38,704 bases of DNA from Catajapyx aquilonaris. Lineage: Eukaryota. A program made the translations under genes and the position numbers. The stretch lies in assembly GCA_000934665.2 (NCBI GenBank), contig JYFJ02003735.1, positions 1 through 38,704 on the forward strand. Direction: 5' to 3'. The notes under the pieces were generated by a model. The model had not been told where the DNA came from. It saw only the letters and a list, made by a program, of their open reading frames with translations, and searched no databases. Positions 24,893 through 36,359 of the stretch are shown here, piece by piece. Every line of letters starts with the position of its first letter. The first letter of the stretch is position 1.

Positions 24893-26764
24893 TAAGTGCT
24901 GCTCTGAAAGTCATATCTATTTTCACCTATGTTCGATTCTCATTTGTTTACCCTTGTGTGTGATATATATGTCGTTAGCTCCTGCTCTCCCAACTTTTTT
25001 GATTATGGACATGGGGGTGGGGGGAATGCAGTTTTCTTACATATTAACAAGTTAGGCTGGTGACTCTAATAAGTGGTAGTTTAGATGGAACTTATTTTTT
25101 GGTGAACAAGACAGTGCCTCTGAAGCAGTAAATATAGGCCTATATCCATTGTTCCCCCCNCTCCCATGTGTTACCATACTGTGTATCCATAAGTCAGCTC
25201 AGATCTATTTTGGTGCCAATCTTGTAGATGCTTGCCTTACTCCAATGGCTTTCAAGTGTGACAGCTAGCCACTCATGGGAAAGAGGCAATGACTTGCGAG
25301 ATCGCTATCAGTATGGCTCTGAGCCTACTCTTGAAACACAATATATGTTTTTTTTGGATTGTTATGCATGCCCTTCCACTACAAATGGGAAACTGGAATC
25401 CTGACAATGTGTGAAAAATATAATAGCTGCCATATCAGATTGAATGTCAGTTCCTGTGGCCACCTGGCATATGTATTATTTTAAGGTGAGGTTTTAGTTC
25501 TTTTTTATATAGAACATGAGGGCATGTATTACAGTTGGAAGCTCTGAAAAAAGGGTTGTGAGTCCCATAAGAGTGGTCTTGCCAAAACAATGTCAAATGT
25601 CCATGTCAAAATATGGGGTGTTATTAGCATTAGTTTCATGGATGGTGGCTGGTGGGTTAAGGGGTCATTTTGCTCAAAAGAAGTGGTCCCACAGTTTGTT
25701 TTTTTTTGCTGATGATATGTTAGAATATCAGTTCAATCCCTCCCTTTTCGCTTGTGAATCACATTAATTGGACGTAACTGCTACGTACTGAAAAATGAGG
25801 GTCACGATATCATTGCATCCTGCACTAGAGATGTTTTTTTGAGCCACCATTATATTTGTTGAGAAGGCTCAACCTTTTTTTTCTGCCAGTAAACTAAGTT
25901 CTTACAGTTCTTGCCTTCATTCTTACCCATGTCATTACCTCTTCTGCCTCTCTTCCCTTCAACCTGGAGAGAAGCTACTCCCAGAGGCTAATGTGCCGGG
26001 ATCTCCAGGTTTTTGTGTGAAAAGTGGAGGGAGCTGCTATGTCATGATGGGCAAGAATGGCTGCAAGAACTGAAGTTCCATTTGGAACAGTTATAAATCA
26101 ATATGAATGAAATGCTGGCATTAATGGGCAGGGACATCCATTAACTCCTTTCCTAACAGCACTTGTTACGAATATATGCACCGCACATTGCAATTAAATG
26201 TATTTTTGCAATAGTCCCAAGAAAAAAAGGCAATATCGTTGTATTAAGTGTTTAACCTCCTTTTTCACTTTTGTCAGACAATTTTTGAGGTGTTGACCAC
26301 TTGGGGGTATACAGTATCCAATTGAATAATTGCTGTTGTGACAAAGTGTCAAATTTGAATGGGATGGTGACCTGATTGAACGTACAAAAAAATAAGGGGG
26401 AGGTCATTTTCTTTTTTTTATTCGAATTACTGTGTCATGTCAAAAATGAGCTGCATCAATGATCCTTTTTGGAGGCACACATTGCAAAAAATATCGTTTT
26501 CGTGAACAATTTTCATACTGCCATCCAGTGAACATTGTCATGTTATTGCAGATTTAAGTCAGATAATCTAACTTTTGTATTCTGAAAATAAAGGGATAAA
26601 GCAATGTTTGGACATCTTTTCTTTTGAGAAGGGAAGGAAAATGCATCAGGTTGTAAGGAAAATGTCATTTTTATAGTACAATTATCAAGTAAGTATTGGA
26701 AACTGATATGTTGAGGTAAAAGGAAACATACACAGGATGAAGGCTCGGGAGAGTAACGTCACAT

Positions 26765-27862
26765 CAAGGGTTGCAAATATAGTGGAAATGTGTGTTCAAA
26801 ATGTAAACCAGACTTCTTAACCAGGTTTGTACAAGTACAATATTAATTACTTCTATGTAATCTGCCACATTATGTTCCTTTTTCCAAACTTGTGGGAGCT
26901 GCTGGATTCCACCAGCAGTGTGTTTCTTGTTAATATCAGCAAAATTCCGGTCAACTGTTTGAAGGCAACCCATCTTGCTCTAGTTCATTATGGAAGGGAT
27001 TGTCACCACAGGCTCTCCAAAGGCCATGATAACAGTCACTTGCAGTCTTACCTCATGTAACCTGGATCTTAATCCAGGATCATTGTTCTAATTTTTTGAA
27101 TATACAGTAAAACTTCTATAAGTCGAACTTCCCTAAGTCGAAGTTCTCTAAGTCGAAGAAAATTATGGGCTTCGTTGGTCACAATGCAAAATAATAGGAA
27201 ATAAACTTCCCTAACTCGAAGTTCTCCATAACTCGAAGTGCTGGCAATGCAATTTCAGTCTCCCTAAGTCGAAGTTCATGTTGGCGAGTACGGAAAATTT
27301 TCTCATTTCCCAGCCGAAGGGTCAAGAGTAGGCCACACGTACAGAAAGGCTCAATTTCCTGATCTCCATCTACTAGATGTACCGAAAGAAGTGTTTGACT
27401 CGATTATGACAATTGAATCCTTGAATCTAATAGGTAGGCAAATGCCCATAACGGAGTGTTTTTTACAGCAAAACAATTAGGAATATTGTAAGTGTGTTAG
27501 TGAGATTTATTTTTAAGTTTTGAACATCTTTCATCACTGGATATAAAGGTAGGCCTCGTTATAGAGTTATGTGCTTAAAAAATTGCAAACTTCTCTAACT
27601 CGAATCTTCTATAACTGGAAGTTTTTTCCCGGTCCCATGGAGATTCGACTTATAGTAGTTTTACTGTACTTTAGACTGTTGCACACTGAAATGTTGACTT
27701 CGATGACTTCTCCATGCATGGGCACTTGTTAGAATGGGCTGTGTTGATGTATGAGCATAATTATAACATGAATTTAGATAGAGTCTCAACCAGCCAACTG
27801 TGACATTTGAGTTACCAATGCATTTCCTGAGAGTGTTGCTACTACTTTATTTGCAACCCTCG
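26765..27862 (-). mobile_element. Decayed mariner element
   Basis: TIRs CAAGGGTTGCAAATATAGT / ACTTTATTTGCAACCCTCG|TA; minus-strand remnant GGIQQLPQVWKK..VADYIE resembles a mariner transposase C-terminus. Confidence 0.72.
27105..27666. mobile_element. pogo/Tigger-type MITE nested in the mariner relic
   Basis: TA|CAGTAAAACTTCTATAAGTCGAA ... TTCGACTTATAGTAGTTTTACTG|TA; reiterated TAA(G/C)TCGAA motifs. Confidence 0.9.
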
Positions 27863-28003
27863 TACTGTATGTGAAGCTCATGCAAATATCTGGGTACTCC
27901 ATCATCTTCAGGTTGTTTGCCTTTTCAGGCTAGTCTCAATACATCTGGCCTGAGCATACACTTGCCACATCTAATCTTGTGCACAAGCCACTTGTGGTTC
28001 TCT

Positions 28004-28831
28004 TCAGGAGAACATCTTTTTCATGGCAGCTGCATACCTTCCTTTAAGCTCACCCTCTTTCTCAGATAGGTTGCACATCATTTGCAAGACAGCTGTGTTT
28101 TGGGGCTCTGCTTTCAGGGCAGTTGTCAGGTCATCCCTACAAGACTCATATTCCTGTAAGTACAGGTATGCTGACCCCCTTCGGTACAGTGCCTTTACAT
28201 TGCCAGGCTCATTTTGTAGAACTTGGGTGCATAAGTACACCACATGCTGATAGTTCCCTAGCCGCATTTGGCATGTTGCTAAATTGTTGTATAATTTTGC
28301 CTCCAAGCTGTGGCACTCATCCTTCAGTCCTGACTGACATTTGGACTGGTCAATAGTGATAATATACTTTAGTGCGGATCCAAAGAAATGAAAAGAATCA
28401 CAAATGAGTCCTGATTTGAACAACTCCATAGCTTTAGCCTTGTGACTCTGGGCCTTCCTCAGTTTGTTGGCATCACTCATGTCACATATTAAGGGTGCTT
28501 GTTGACACACTTGAATCAGTCTGGCCTCTAGTTCAATTTTAATTTCTGGCAGGGTGATGGTCACATGAGCAACCTCACCTGGAAGCATTGTCTGCAGGCA
28601 GTTCTCCAGAAGTCGATCCACTTCAGTTTCACCATCACCGATTTCAACTGTGATTCTGGAGTCAGTTTGATGGAAGTAACTGCTATGTTGCAGGGAAATT
28701 ACAGGTATGACTTGGAACACCTGTATATTGCAGGTAGATCCTAGGTGTGGCGACTGACCCCACTGCCCGTGCTCCAGGATAATTTTACTAATCCTGCTGT
28801 CAGGAGATGTGAACTTTTCGGGATGGTCCAT
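28004..28831 (-). CDS. FKBPL: FK506-binding protein-like TPR co-chaperone (degenerate FKBP fold + 3 TPR), 275 aa, uninterrupted CDS
   Basis: N-terminal FKBP-like segment (ISKIILEHGQ...P..GSTC...EIGDGETEVDRLLENCLQTMLPGEVA), TPR motifs (HKAKAMELFK; LYNNLATCQMRLGNY; PGNVKALYRRGSAY; EPQNTAV) and an FKBP4/5-like end YAAAMKKMFS. An in-frame stop lies 7 codons upstream of the ATG. The gene symbol is tentative. Confidence 0.85.
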   Translation of the reverse strand: MDHPEKFTSPDSRISKIILEHGQWGQSPHLGSTCNIQVFQVIPVISLQHSSYFHQTDSRITVEIGDGETEVDRLLENCLQTMLPGEVAHVTITLPEIKIELEARLIQVCQQAPLICDMSDANKLRKAQSHKAKAMELFKSGLICDSFHFFGSALKYIITIDQSKCQSGLKDECHSLEAKLYNNLATCQMRLGNYQHVVYLCTQVLQNEPGNVKALYRRGSAYLYLQEYESCRDDLTTALKAEPQNTAVLQMMCNLSEKEGELKGRYAAAMKKMFS

Positions 28832-29808
28832 CTTGCCCCTATCAAGAGATCATCATAATGGAATGAGTCCCTGGTAATGAATTCTACATTCTGAAGAGTT
28901 TATCACTTTCCTGTGTACACCTGATTAAGATTACTGATGGTTACACGTAATCATTTGCCCTAAGTGCACGTTAGGGCCAACTTATTATTACGTAACAGTG
29001 CACATCTGATTATGCAAGGGCAGCAGCTAACTCTTCAGTATGTACTATTAACCGGAAAAGTAATGTTGCACTGTTATGTGATGGCGTCCGCGAATTGTTG
29101 TTGAGCATGGGTTGTGGATTCTGGAATATTGCCAAATTAACGTCCGTAACTCAGCAATGCCCATGCTAAACAAGTTGTGGATGCAATCACATAACAGTGT
29201 GACATTACTTTTGCGGTTAAGAGTACACAATTTATTGTTACCAATAATCTTGATTCCATAGTTTGTACTTGGTAGATTGTTCCCTGGAAGGTCAGATACG
29301 TATAAGGTGGTCTGTACACAAGCAGTTTTAGAACCAGTCATATTCTTAAGGATCTGCTAATCTGGGCAGCTGCTCTGTCCTTTGCCCCACCTAAGGACGA
29401 AGTACAGCGTGACCTGCACCACTTGCCGGACCCCTACCTTGACTAGTGCTAAAAACACCTGGATGTAGACTGCTTTAGTTTTTAGGTGCATGTACTGTAC
29501 TGCAGCTAGTTCTGTGAAGGAGTGTTAAATGTGGTGGTCTTGCATTACCTCAATATTAAAAACCAGATGGGAAATTAAAATGAAGGCCCTAAATCAGTGC
29601 AAGAGACCTTTTTGAAGCAAAATACAACAAAAATTGAAAACACAACATTTACATATATTTAAATGAGAACATTCTGAATGCTGTACAATAAATTAAAGTG
29701 AGAATATGACTCACGTGTAACGCCAATGATAAAGGCAACTTTTGGTGGAAGTAGGTCATTCAGCTTCACCAGAATTTTGTACTTTTTTCTGTCTGTCTGG
29801 CAGTCTAA

Positions 29809-29988
29809 AGGCTGGTATCCACGTACGAGATTCTCGCATACGAGGAGCTGCGAGGAGCCAACTGCGCATGCCCAGATACGAGAAAGTTGAAAATGTTCAA
29901 CTTTTTCCCCTTTCCTCGTATCTGGGCATGCGCAGTTGGCTCCTCGCGGCTCCTCGTATGCGAAAATCTCGTACGTGGATACCGGCCT
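29809..29988. mobile_element. PIF/Harbinger-type MITE forming a near-perfect 180-nt hairpin
   Basis: TAA|AGGCTGGTATCCACGTACGAGATT ... AATCTCGTACGTGGATACCGGCCT|TAA. Confidence 0.9.
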
Positions 29989-30188
29989 TAACTTGGCATC
30001 GCTCCCCTCCCCCTACATCTTGTGTGAGCCAATGGAATATGAACTGAAGCCCACAGGTGGGTGGGGGTGAGAGGGGGGGGGGGGTGTGTTTCCCATTCTG
30101 TCAAGATAGACTACATGCCACAATATGGAAATGGTAATTCATCTTGGCAGTGTTCCTGACTGAATTAAATTCTATGTTGATTGTTATG

Positions 30189-30484
30189 ATAATAATTTGT
30201 ACCCCGTGCTAGGGCCATGGGCCCTCTCAGGGGGGTGGAATACCACCGTATTTTTTTATCTGGAACTCTTGCTTTCATTTATACTTCTCGTATATGGGGA
30301 TGGGATAGGGACGGAAGGAAGCGGCTGTGGCCTATAATTACGGACACAACCCCGGAATTTTCCTGGTGAGACCATGGGAAACCACAGAAAACCACGGTCA
30401 GGGTCGGCGGCCACCGGGATTCGAACCCAGGACCTCCCGATTAGCAGTCGGATACCATATCCCCTCCGCTACCACTGCTTCGGT
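30189..30484 (-). mobile_element. tRNA(Ser-GCT-like)-derived SINE
   Basis: Head with GACTGCTAATC and B box GGTTCGAATCC; central GGTTTTCTGTGGTTTCCC..GGCCACAGCCGCTTCCTTCC domain; perfect 14-bp TSD TGTTGATTGTTATG. Confidence 0.9.
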
Positions 30485-30881
30485 TGTTGATTGTTATGGC
30501 ATCTGTTTTGTAGTCAATATGATATGTCAATGGTGCTTTTCCCTGTCCCACTCTCACCTGCACTATGTTGCTGAAGAATACGCGCAGGGTTGTCATGGAA
30601 ATCTTGCCAGCAGACTGTATTGCCATTGCAGTCTAGAAAGTCACAAGGCTGCATTTGCTTCATGAACTCAGGAGATTGCATTTTGAAAGGATGTACAGAA
30701 ATCCACAGTCACATATACACGAGGGCAAATTCTCATCAGGCTGTGCAGGGATTCTGCGGCCTAAAATCAAGTCACATATACACCATATTATTTCTTGAAA
30801 TATCCTGAAAGGGAGCCCTCCCCAGATGTCTTTGGTTCCAACAGCTACAAGGGTGGGAGACCCACAGGGATATGAAATAAA

Positions 30882-31282
30882 GGATAAAGTATTGTTTATC
30901 CGCACCTTAACAACGCGGTCGGGGTTGGGTGGTCAGGGGGCCTCCTGACGGTTGGCAACGTTGCGTCGCAAACAATCGGGTGCCTTGATACTTCTGCCAG
31001 CCAAATTCGAATGCCTTCACGGTTGCTTGATGTAGTGTCATTCTTTGGGTTGACGGCTTGGTTAACGGACTGCAGCAACCATCATGGCTTTCATATTTCC
31101 CACCTCCTTCCACTGTGGTCTTAGCACTCGTCAGATCAGTTCGTGTGGCATGGGTAACAAGACACCCTTTGTTGTGCTCTCCCGGCAACCGATTGTTTGC
31201 GACCTGTAGCCAACATGTTTGGAGCCCACCATGCCTTCCCAACCCCGTTGCGTCGCTAGGTGCGGATAAACGATAGACTTTC
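30882..31282. mobile_element. Mutator-type MITE
   Basis: Long imperfect TIRs (TTTATCCGCACCT..GGGGTTGGG..TCGCAAACAATCGG and complement) with 9-bp TSD TGAAATAAA. Confidence 0.82.
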
Positions 31283-31755
31283 TGAAATAAAGGGGCAGGC
31301 AAAGGAAAAATCAGAAGAATGACGTGAAGAGCATGTCTTATTCAAGTGTACTCCCCAAGACCCTTCAGACACTGACCTGCAGCTGGACCAAACATCTGCT
31401 ATAAAATTGCCACAGGAACCAGTGTAGAATTCCTCTGATAGCTTTGTCACAGGCAGGTGTATCAGATGCTTGGTCCAGCAGTGGGACAAGTATCTCATTT
31501 TGTACACCCAAGCAGCCATGCACTCTAAGGCAATGATTGCATCGCTTTTTCCCATCTATAGCATATATCCCTGTGTGTCACCAGGCCTTATGGTGGTTGG
31601 ACCCAAGACGTCTGGGAGGAGTTCCATTTTGGCATATTTTCTGGCCCTTCTGAAACTTGAGTGTCAACCAAATTAGGTCCATTGGTGGATGAGACATGCC
31701 AAATTTTTTGTACCATATCTATACCTTAACTTCTGCATGATCATGTCTGCATATA

Positions 31756-32407
31756 CAGGGTGTCCCACAAATTACGCTACCCAGAATTACTTCCATAACA
31801 TCAACATAAATGAAGATATTGCAACGAAATTTGAACTGAACTAACCTTGTCATGTGTGATTTGAAATGGCATCACAATATGTGTTGGAAATGGCCACCAT
31901 TAGCAGCCAGGCAGGTCTCAACACGGTGCGACATATTTTGGAATGATCTGGCCAGCATATCCTGCGGTGATGCCTGAATTTCCTGGACGATGTTGTCCTT
32001 CAAGGCCTGGATGGACCGTGGATTGTTGCGGCACACTATTCCTTTCAGAAAGCCCCATGAGAAGTAATCAGGTGGCCACAGTCCCTTCGAAATGACTCGG
32101 TCGCCGAAGAAGGACTTTATTTCGGCCATGCTGACATGTGATGTGTGGCATGTCACCCCATCCTGTTGACAGGTTTGGGCCACGTTTGGATCAGGAAGCA
32201 AGGACATCCGCCGCGCGCCACTGCTCAGGTGTCGTCTGGTCGATTCGTCACTCCAGCGTCAGTATTACAGCACCCACATTTGCCAGACCCATTCCAATTC
32301 CTTTCTCACGTGTTGACATTGCTTGAGTTCAAATTCCGTTGCAATATCTTCATTTGTGTTACAGTTATTAATGTAATTCTGGGTAGCGTAATTTGTGGGA
32401 CACCCTG
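31756..32407 (-). mobile_element. Internally deleted Tc1/mariner-superfamily transposon with transposase remnant
   Basis: 35-bp perfect TIR CAGGGTGTCCCACAAATTACGCTACCCAGAATTAC, TA TSD; ORF 31872-32207 has QQDG..CHT, LWPP-DYF.WG.LK and GGHFQHIL, with the SPDL motif deleted. Confidence 0.92.
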
Positions 32408-33344
32408 TAGTTCCCTGACTCACTTTCATCAGAATCGATCTAATAATTATTTGAACATGTAACATGGTGTTTGCAAAAGTGGTGCAACAGGGTCTAACAC
32501 ATCGGTGGGGACAGTATGTTAAGATCTCAATGAGTGATGGGGCAGGAGGGATAAATTAAAAATTTCAAGACTTAATTTTGTGGTTGCCAGAGAAAAAGTT
32601 CTTGAAGTGAACATAGCATAACATTTCATGGACAACACCAACAACAGGGATGAACCAAGTTTCCATATGTGGCGCGTCATGGCAGTAGTCATGAAACTTT
32701 CAGATTTTGGAGGTTTTTTGTTTTTGGAATTGCAGGTAAAGGATTCTCAACCTGCATTTACAAAACATTGCACCAGAAAAATAATGCAAAAAGAAATCTA
32801 TTGCTGTTTCACATTAATGCAGAAGTGAAGGTAGAAAATTTTACTGGTCTTCTATTTGAGAGAGTTTATGGGTGACTACCTGGAACGTGCCTCGTTTGAG
32901 CTGAAAAATTCTAGTCTTGGTGACCTCTAGAAATTTGAAATTATGTTTGCTCATCAACTGCAGCATAACCACAGTCTACATGTTGTCTTTGGATGTTGTC
33001 GAGTAGGCAGCAGTGCTTCTAATTCGTTTATATGTCGTGGAAAAATTACATTAATTTCTGTGTGTGTGTGTGTCACTGTTTAAACATGATATATCTATTT
33101 ACTGTAGAAAGGTGTGGTGAAACACTGGAGGAGACACCCACCCATCCCCTCCGCAGAGCCTATTCACTTGAAATTTTAGGGATGCACAAAAGTCATGGTG
33201 AACTTGTCGCAATGAGGAAATGAGGGAGGTGGCGAAAAGCATTGTGTTCAAGGTCACACAAGCTTAGGTGAATGTAATTGACAAGTACAGTGGAATCCTC
33301 TTATACTGTAACATTGGACATAAGCATTAGAAAGGTCAGTCATA

Positions 33345-33930
33345 TTAGCATATCCAGAAAGTAAGGTCTGTTATTTATTTTAAAAACCACAATGCACCCC
33401 CAAAATGTTTATTTACACATCTGAAATCGACAATTGGCTACTTTTTTTCAAAATAGTTTCCAAAAAAATCGAGGCATTTTTCATAGAGTTACAAGTACAC
33501 AAGATTTTGTGGGCCTGTCATAGAGTCTGTCGCCAGCCATTTCTGCTATCCCTGAACGAGGGATTGCAACTCCTCGTCATCGTCAACCTTCTGCTTTGCA
33601 AGCCATTTCTCCCTGTTCATGGAGAGGTGGTAATCGCTAGGCTCTAAATCCCGGGCATCGAACAAGTCGCACTTCAATTGTCGCGGCAGGCTTCCAGTAA
33701 GCAAGCACAGGCAGTAGGCAGGCGGGCATTGTCGCGCAAGAAAAACACCAGGAACTCAACATGCTGCTAAGCAATAATTCAAGTGCTCATTGTTCGATCA
33801 CCCGGGGATTTACAGCCTAGCAATTACCACCTGTCCATAGACAGGAAGAAATGGCTTGCAAAGCAGAAGGTTGACAATGATGAGGAGTGGCAATCACTGT
33901 TCAGGGACAGCGGAAATGGCTGGCGGCCGC
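33345..33930. mobile_element. Mariner relic with inverted duplication of the transposase C-terminal region
   Basis: TIR-like TATCCAGAAAGTAAGGTC; ~33530-33665 is the reverse complement of ~33790-33925, which reads SPGDLQPSNYHL..KKWLAKQKVDNDEE (SPDLAPSDYHLF-like). Confidence 0.75.
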
Positions 33931-34330
33931 CATACCTGAACATAGGGTCGGCGCCCCTGTCCTTAGATATAATACAGAGTGTTCCAAATTCGTGGGTCCT
34001 TTTAGTTACAGGAAATTTTGCTCGAAGCTGTTAATTTTTTTAAATTGTCAATATTGACAGCATCCTTGTTGCAGAAAAATTTTCATTGAATTAACCCCTT
34101 CGGCCCCAGCCACCTAGAATCTAGGCGCTAAGAACTCGACTGCCAGGTACCAGCTATACCTCCATAGCTTAGATTCTTTTCGCTTCCGTTCCTCTTACAA
34201 AAAAGGACAAGATATTTTAAAAATAATAACAGCTAGACAGGGTGATCGAAAAAGAATACACAGACGTTAAAACCCTATAACTTGAAAACTTGTAGACATC
34301 TAAATAATTTAAGTTTTGGTCTTACCATAA

Positions 34331-34676
34331 ATTATTGGGTTAGTGCACCACCCATTTTTTAATGGGCATCTGGCATGGTACCTTTATTGCTTTTTAAGGT
34401 GATCAAGCTTTTTGTTGGTCCTTTTCCGTAACGCCTGGGTACTGTGAGTGAGGGAAGGGTGACTGGGAGGAGATAAAAGTGCAAGTGCAATGTCTCAAAC
34501 TGTACATTTTGTGAACTCCCCTGGGTGGATTTGTCTGTCGGAGATTCCACCCGTGACGAAGCCAGAGACGAGCCAACTCTGCAGGAGATGAAGGGGGGAA
34601 TGCACGGGCTTGGGATCGAACCCGGGACCCTTACATCAGTGGAGGCATACGTTACCGCAGCGGCACTCCACCTCCC
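34331..34676 (-). mobile_element. tRNA(Arg-like) SINE, copy 2
   Basis: B box GGTTCGATCC; TSD ggtcttaccataa/ggtctgaccataa. Confidence 0.9.
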
Positions 34677-34878
34677 GGTCTGACCATAATTTGTTTCGAT
34701 GAGCTCCATTTGTCGCCCGAAAAATGTAAATACAGTAATCGGTGTCATACCAAACCTGCTCCGACATGTGTAGCGTTACATTTGCAATCTTTTCCCGTAG
34801 GTGCTGGAGATGCCGAATCTTTTCACCATATATGTATCTCCACAAAAAAGTACATTGGGGTAACAGCTCAGTTTCTGA

Positions 34879-35160
34879 CCGAAGCAGTTTGGAGGAGGGG
34901 TTATGGTGTCCGACTGCTAATAGGGAGGTCCTGGGAACAAATCCCGGGGCTGGCTTGGACTGTGGTTTTCTGTGGTTTCCCACGGTCTTTCCAGGAAAAT
35001 TCAATAGTTGCTTCCGTAATTAATAGGCCACAGCCGCTTCCTTCCATCCCTATCCTATCCCAAAGAGCACAGTAAAATGATAAGCAAAGAGTTCCAGGCA
35101 AAACAAACTTCCCCCCTAAAGAGCCGATGGCTGATAACGGGGTATGAATTATAATAATTA

Positions 35161-35251
<91 letters not shown>

Positions 35252-35594
35252 TGGGGTTAGTGCACCGCCCATTGATGGGCATCTGGCATGATACCTTTAT
35301 TTCGCTTTTAGGTGTACAGCTACATTTTTGGTACTTTTCCGTAACGCCCGGGTACCGCGAGCAATAGGGGATGACAGGAGGGGATGTGCAAAGTGCAAGT
35401 GCAATGTCTCAATAGTGGTACATTTTGTGAACTCCCCCGGGTGGCTTAGTCTTTCAGAAATGCCACCCGAGACGAAGCCAGAGACGACCCAACTCTGCAC
35501 AAGATGAAGGGGGTGTCCCCGGGCTGGGATCGAACCCGGGACCTTAACATCCGTGGGCAGTTTAACGTTACCGCAGCACCACTTCGCCTCCTGA

Positions 35595-35663
<69 letters not shown>
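34879..35663 (+). mobile_element. tRNA(Ser-like) SINE interrupted in its (ATT)n tail by another SINE
   Basis: Matches 30189-30484; body 34879-35152, tail resumes as (ATT)n at ~35595-35663. Confidence 0.85.
35153..35591 (-). mobile_element. tRNA(Arg-like) SINE, copy 3, with long (ATT)n tail
   Basis: A/B boxes; TSD TGAATTAT at 35145-35152 and 35592-35599. Confidence 0.9.
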
Positions 35664-35667
<4 letters not shown>

Positions 35668-35970
35668 CTGAGCTTCTGGGGAGGCTATGCATGGGGAAAC
35701 TTCTCATTCAAGACTTCGCACACTGGGAGGCTAAACAAATGAAACTTTCCTACAGCAGGTTTGTTTCATGGATGAGGTGACTTTTTATGTGTATCAAGAA
35801 CCATGTGTGTGGTGTAAAGACCTGTCATATCCAGCACCTATGGGGTAGGATTGCAACGGTAACTCCAGATAGGATTGAACGGGTTTAGTCTGAGACCAAA
35901 TACCGCCTTTTAAAGTCTGCCAAGCGACAAAGCTAATATTTAAACAAACTAAGGTGAGACCAAAATGTTA

Positions 35971-36197
35971 GAGTGCTTCCCAAACTGGGGGTCACAGTAA
36001 TTTTTATAAATGAAGAAATAACTAAAATTAATAAATTAATAAAATAAATTTTGTAGGAAATTTCATCATGACGCTTTTTTTCTTCTTCAATACCTACTAA
36101 CACTCGGGGAGGGGGGGNNNNNNNGGGGGGGGGGGGGTTGCAGGTTACTTGACTATCATAAAAGGGGGTTGCAACCGAAAAAGGTTGGGAACCACTG
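35971..36197. mobile_element. hAT-type MITE
   Basis: AGTGCTTCCCAAACT ... AGGTTGGGAACCACTG, flanks tgttaga/cgttaga; contains an N gap in a G-run. Confidence 0.7.
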
Positions 36198-36359
36198 CGT
36201 TAGACCTTTCTTAGCATTTCAAAACTGAAATCATTAAGTGATTTAGATATGTCTACAAGTTTTCGAGTTATAGGGGTTTAAAATCAGCACATTCTTTTTC
36301 AATCACCCTGTACTTTTACATTCATGCTCTACAGTCTACACAGTGCATGTGCTGGAAAC

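Larger units (their letters stand above)
34238..36310. mobile_element. Decayed Tc1/mariner-superfamily transposon nested in the TTAA MITE
   Basis: TIRs CAGGGTGATCGAAAAAGAAT / ATTCTTTTTCAATCACCCTG|TA; transposase remnants YGEKIRHLQHLREKI..RATNGAH (- strand, ~34700-34860) and FLQQVCFMDEVTFYV (+ strand, ~35745-35790). Confidence 0.82.

Noticed and set aside
27110..27280. Repeated TAA(G/C)TCGAAG units resembling a CRISPR-like array
   Set aside because: Short, irregularly spaced subterminal repeats within a TA-flanked MITE in eukaryotic DNA; no cas genes.
29048..29341. Minus-strand ORFs with a faint helicase-like FSMGI string
   Set aside because: The similarity is too short and requires frameshifts, so it cannot be supported without a search.
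31377..31650. Minus-strand frame with a single in-frame TGA (selenocysteine idea)
   Set aside because: No SECIS or redox motif seen; the + strand has mariner-like words (LVQQWDKYL), suggesting a transposon relic.
3580..32430. Scattered CTGATGA motifs (~3586, ~20352, ~30735, ~32425) as hammerhead ribozyme cores
   Set aside because: None shows stem II followed by GAAA and a cleavage-site helix.
34901..35707. Poly-Ile and poly-Tyr ORFs
   Set aside because: Translations of (ATT)n SINE tails.
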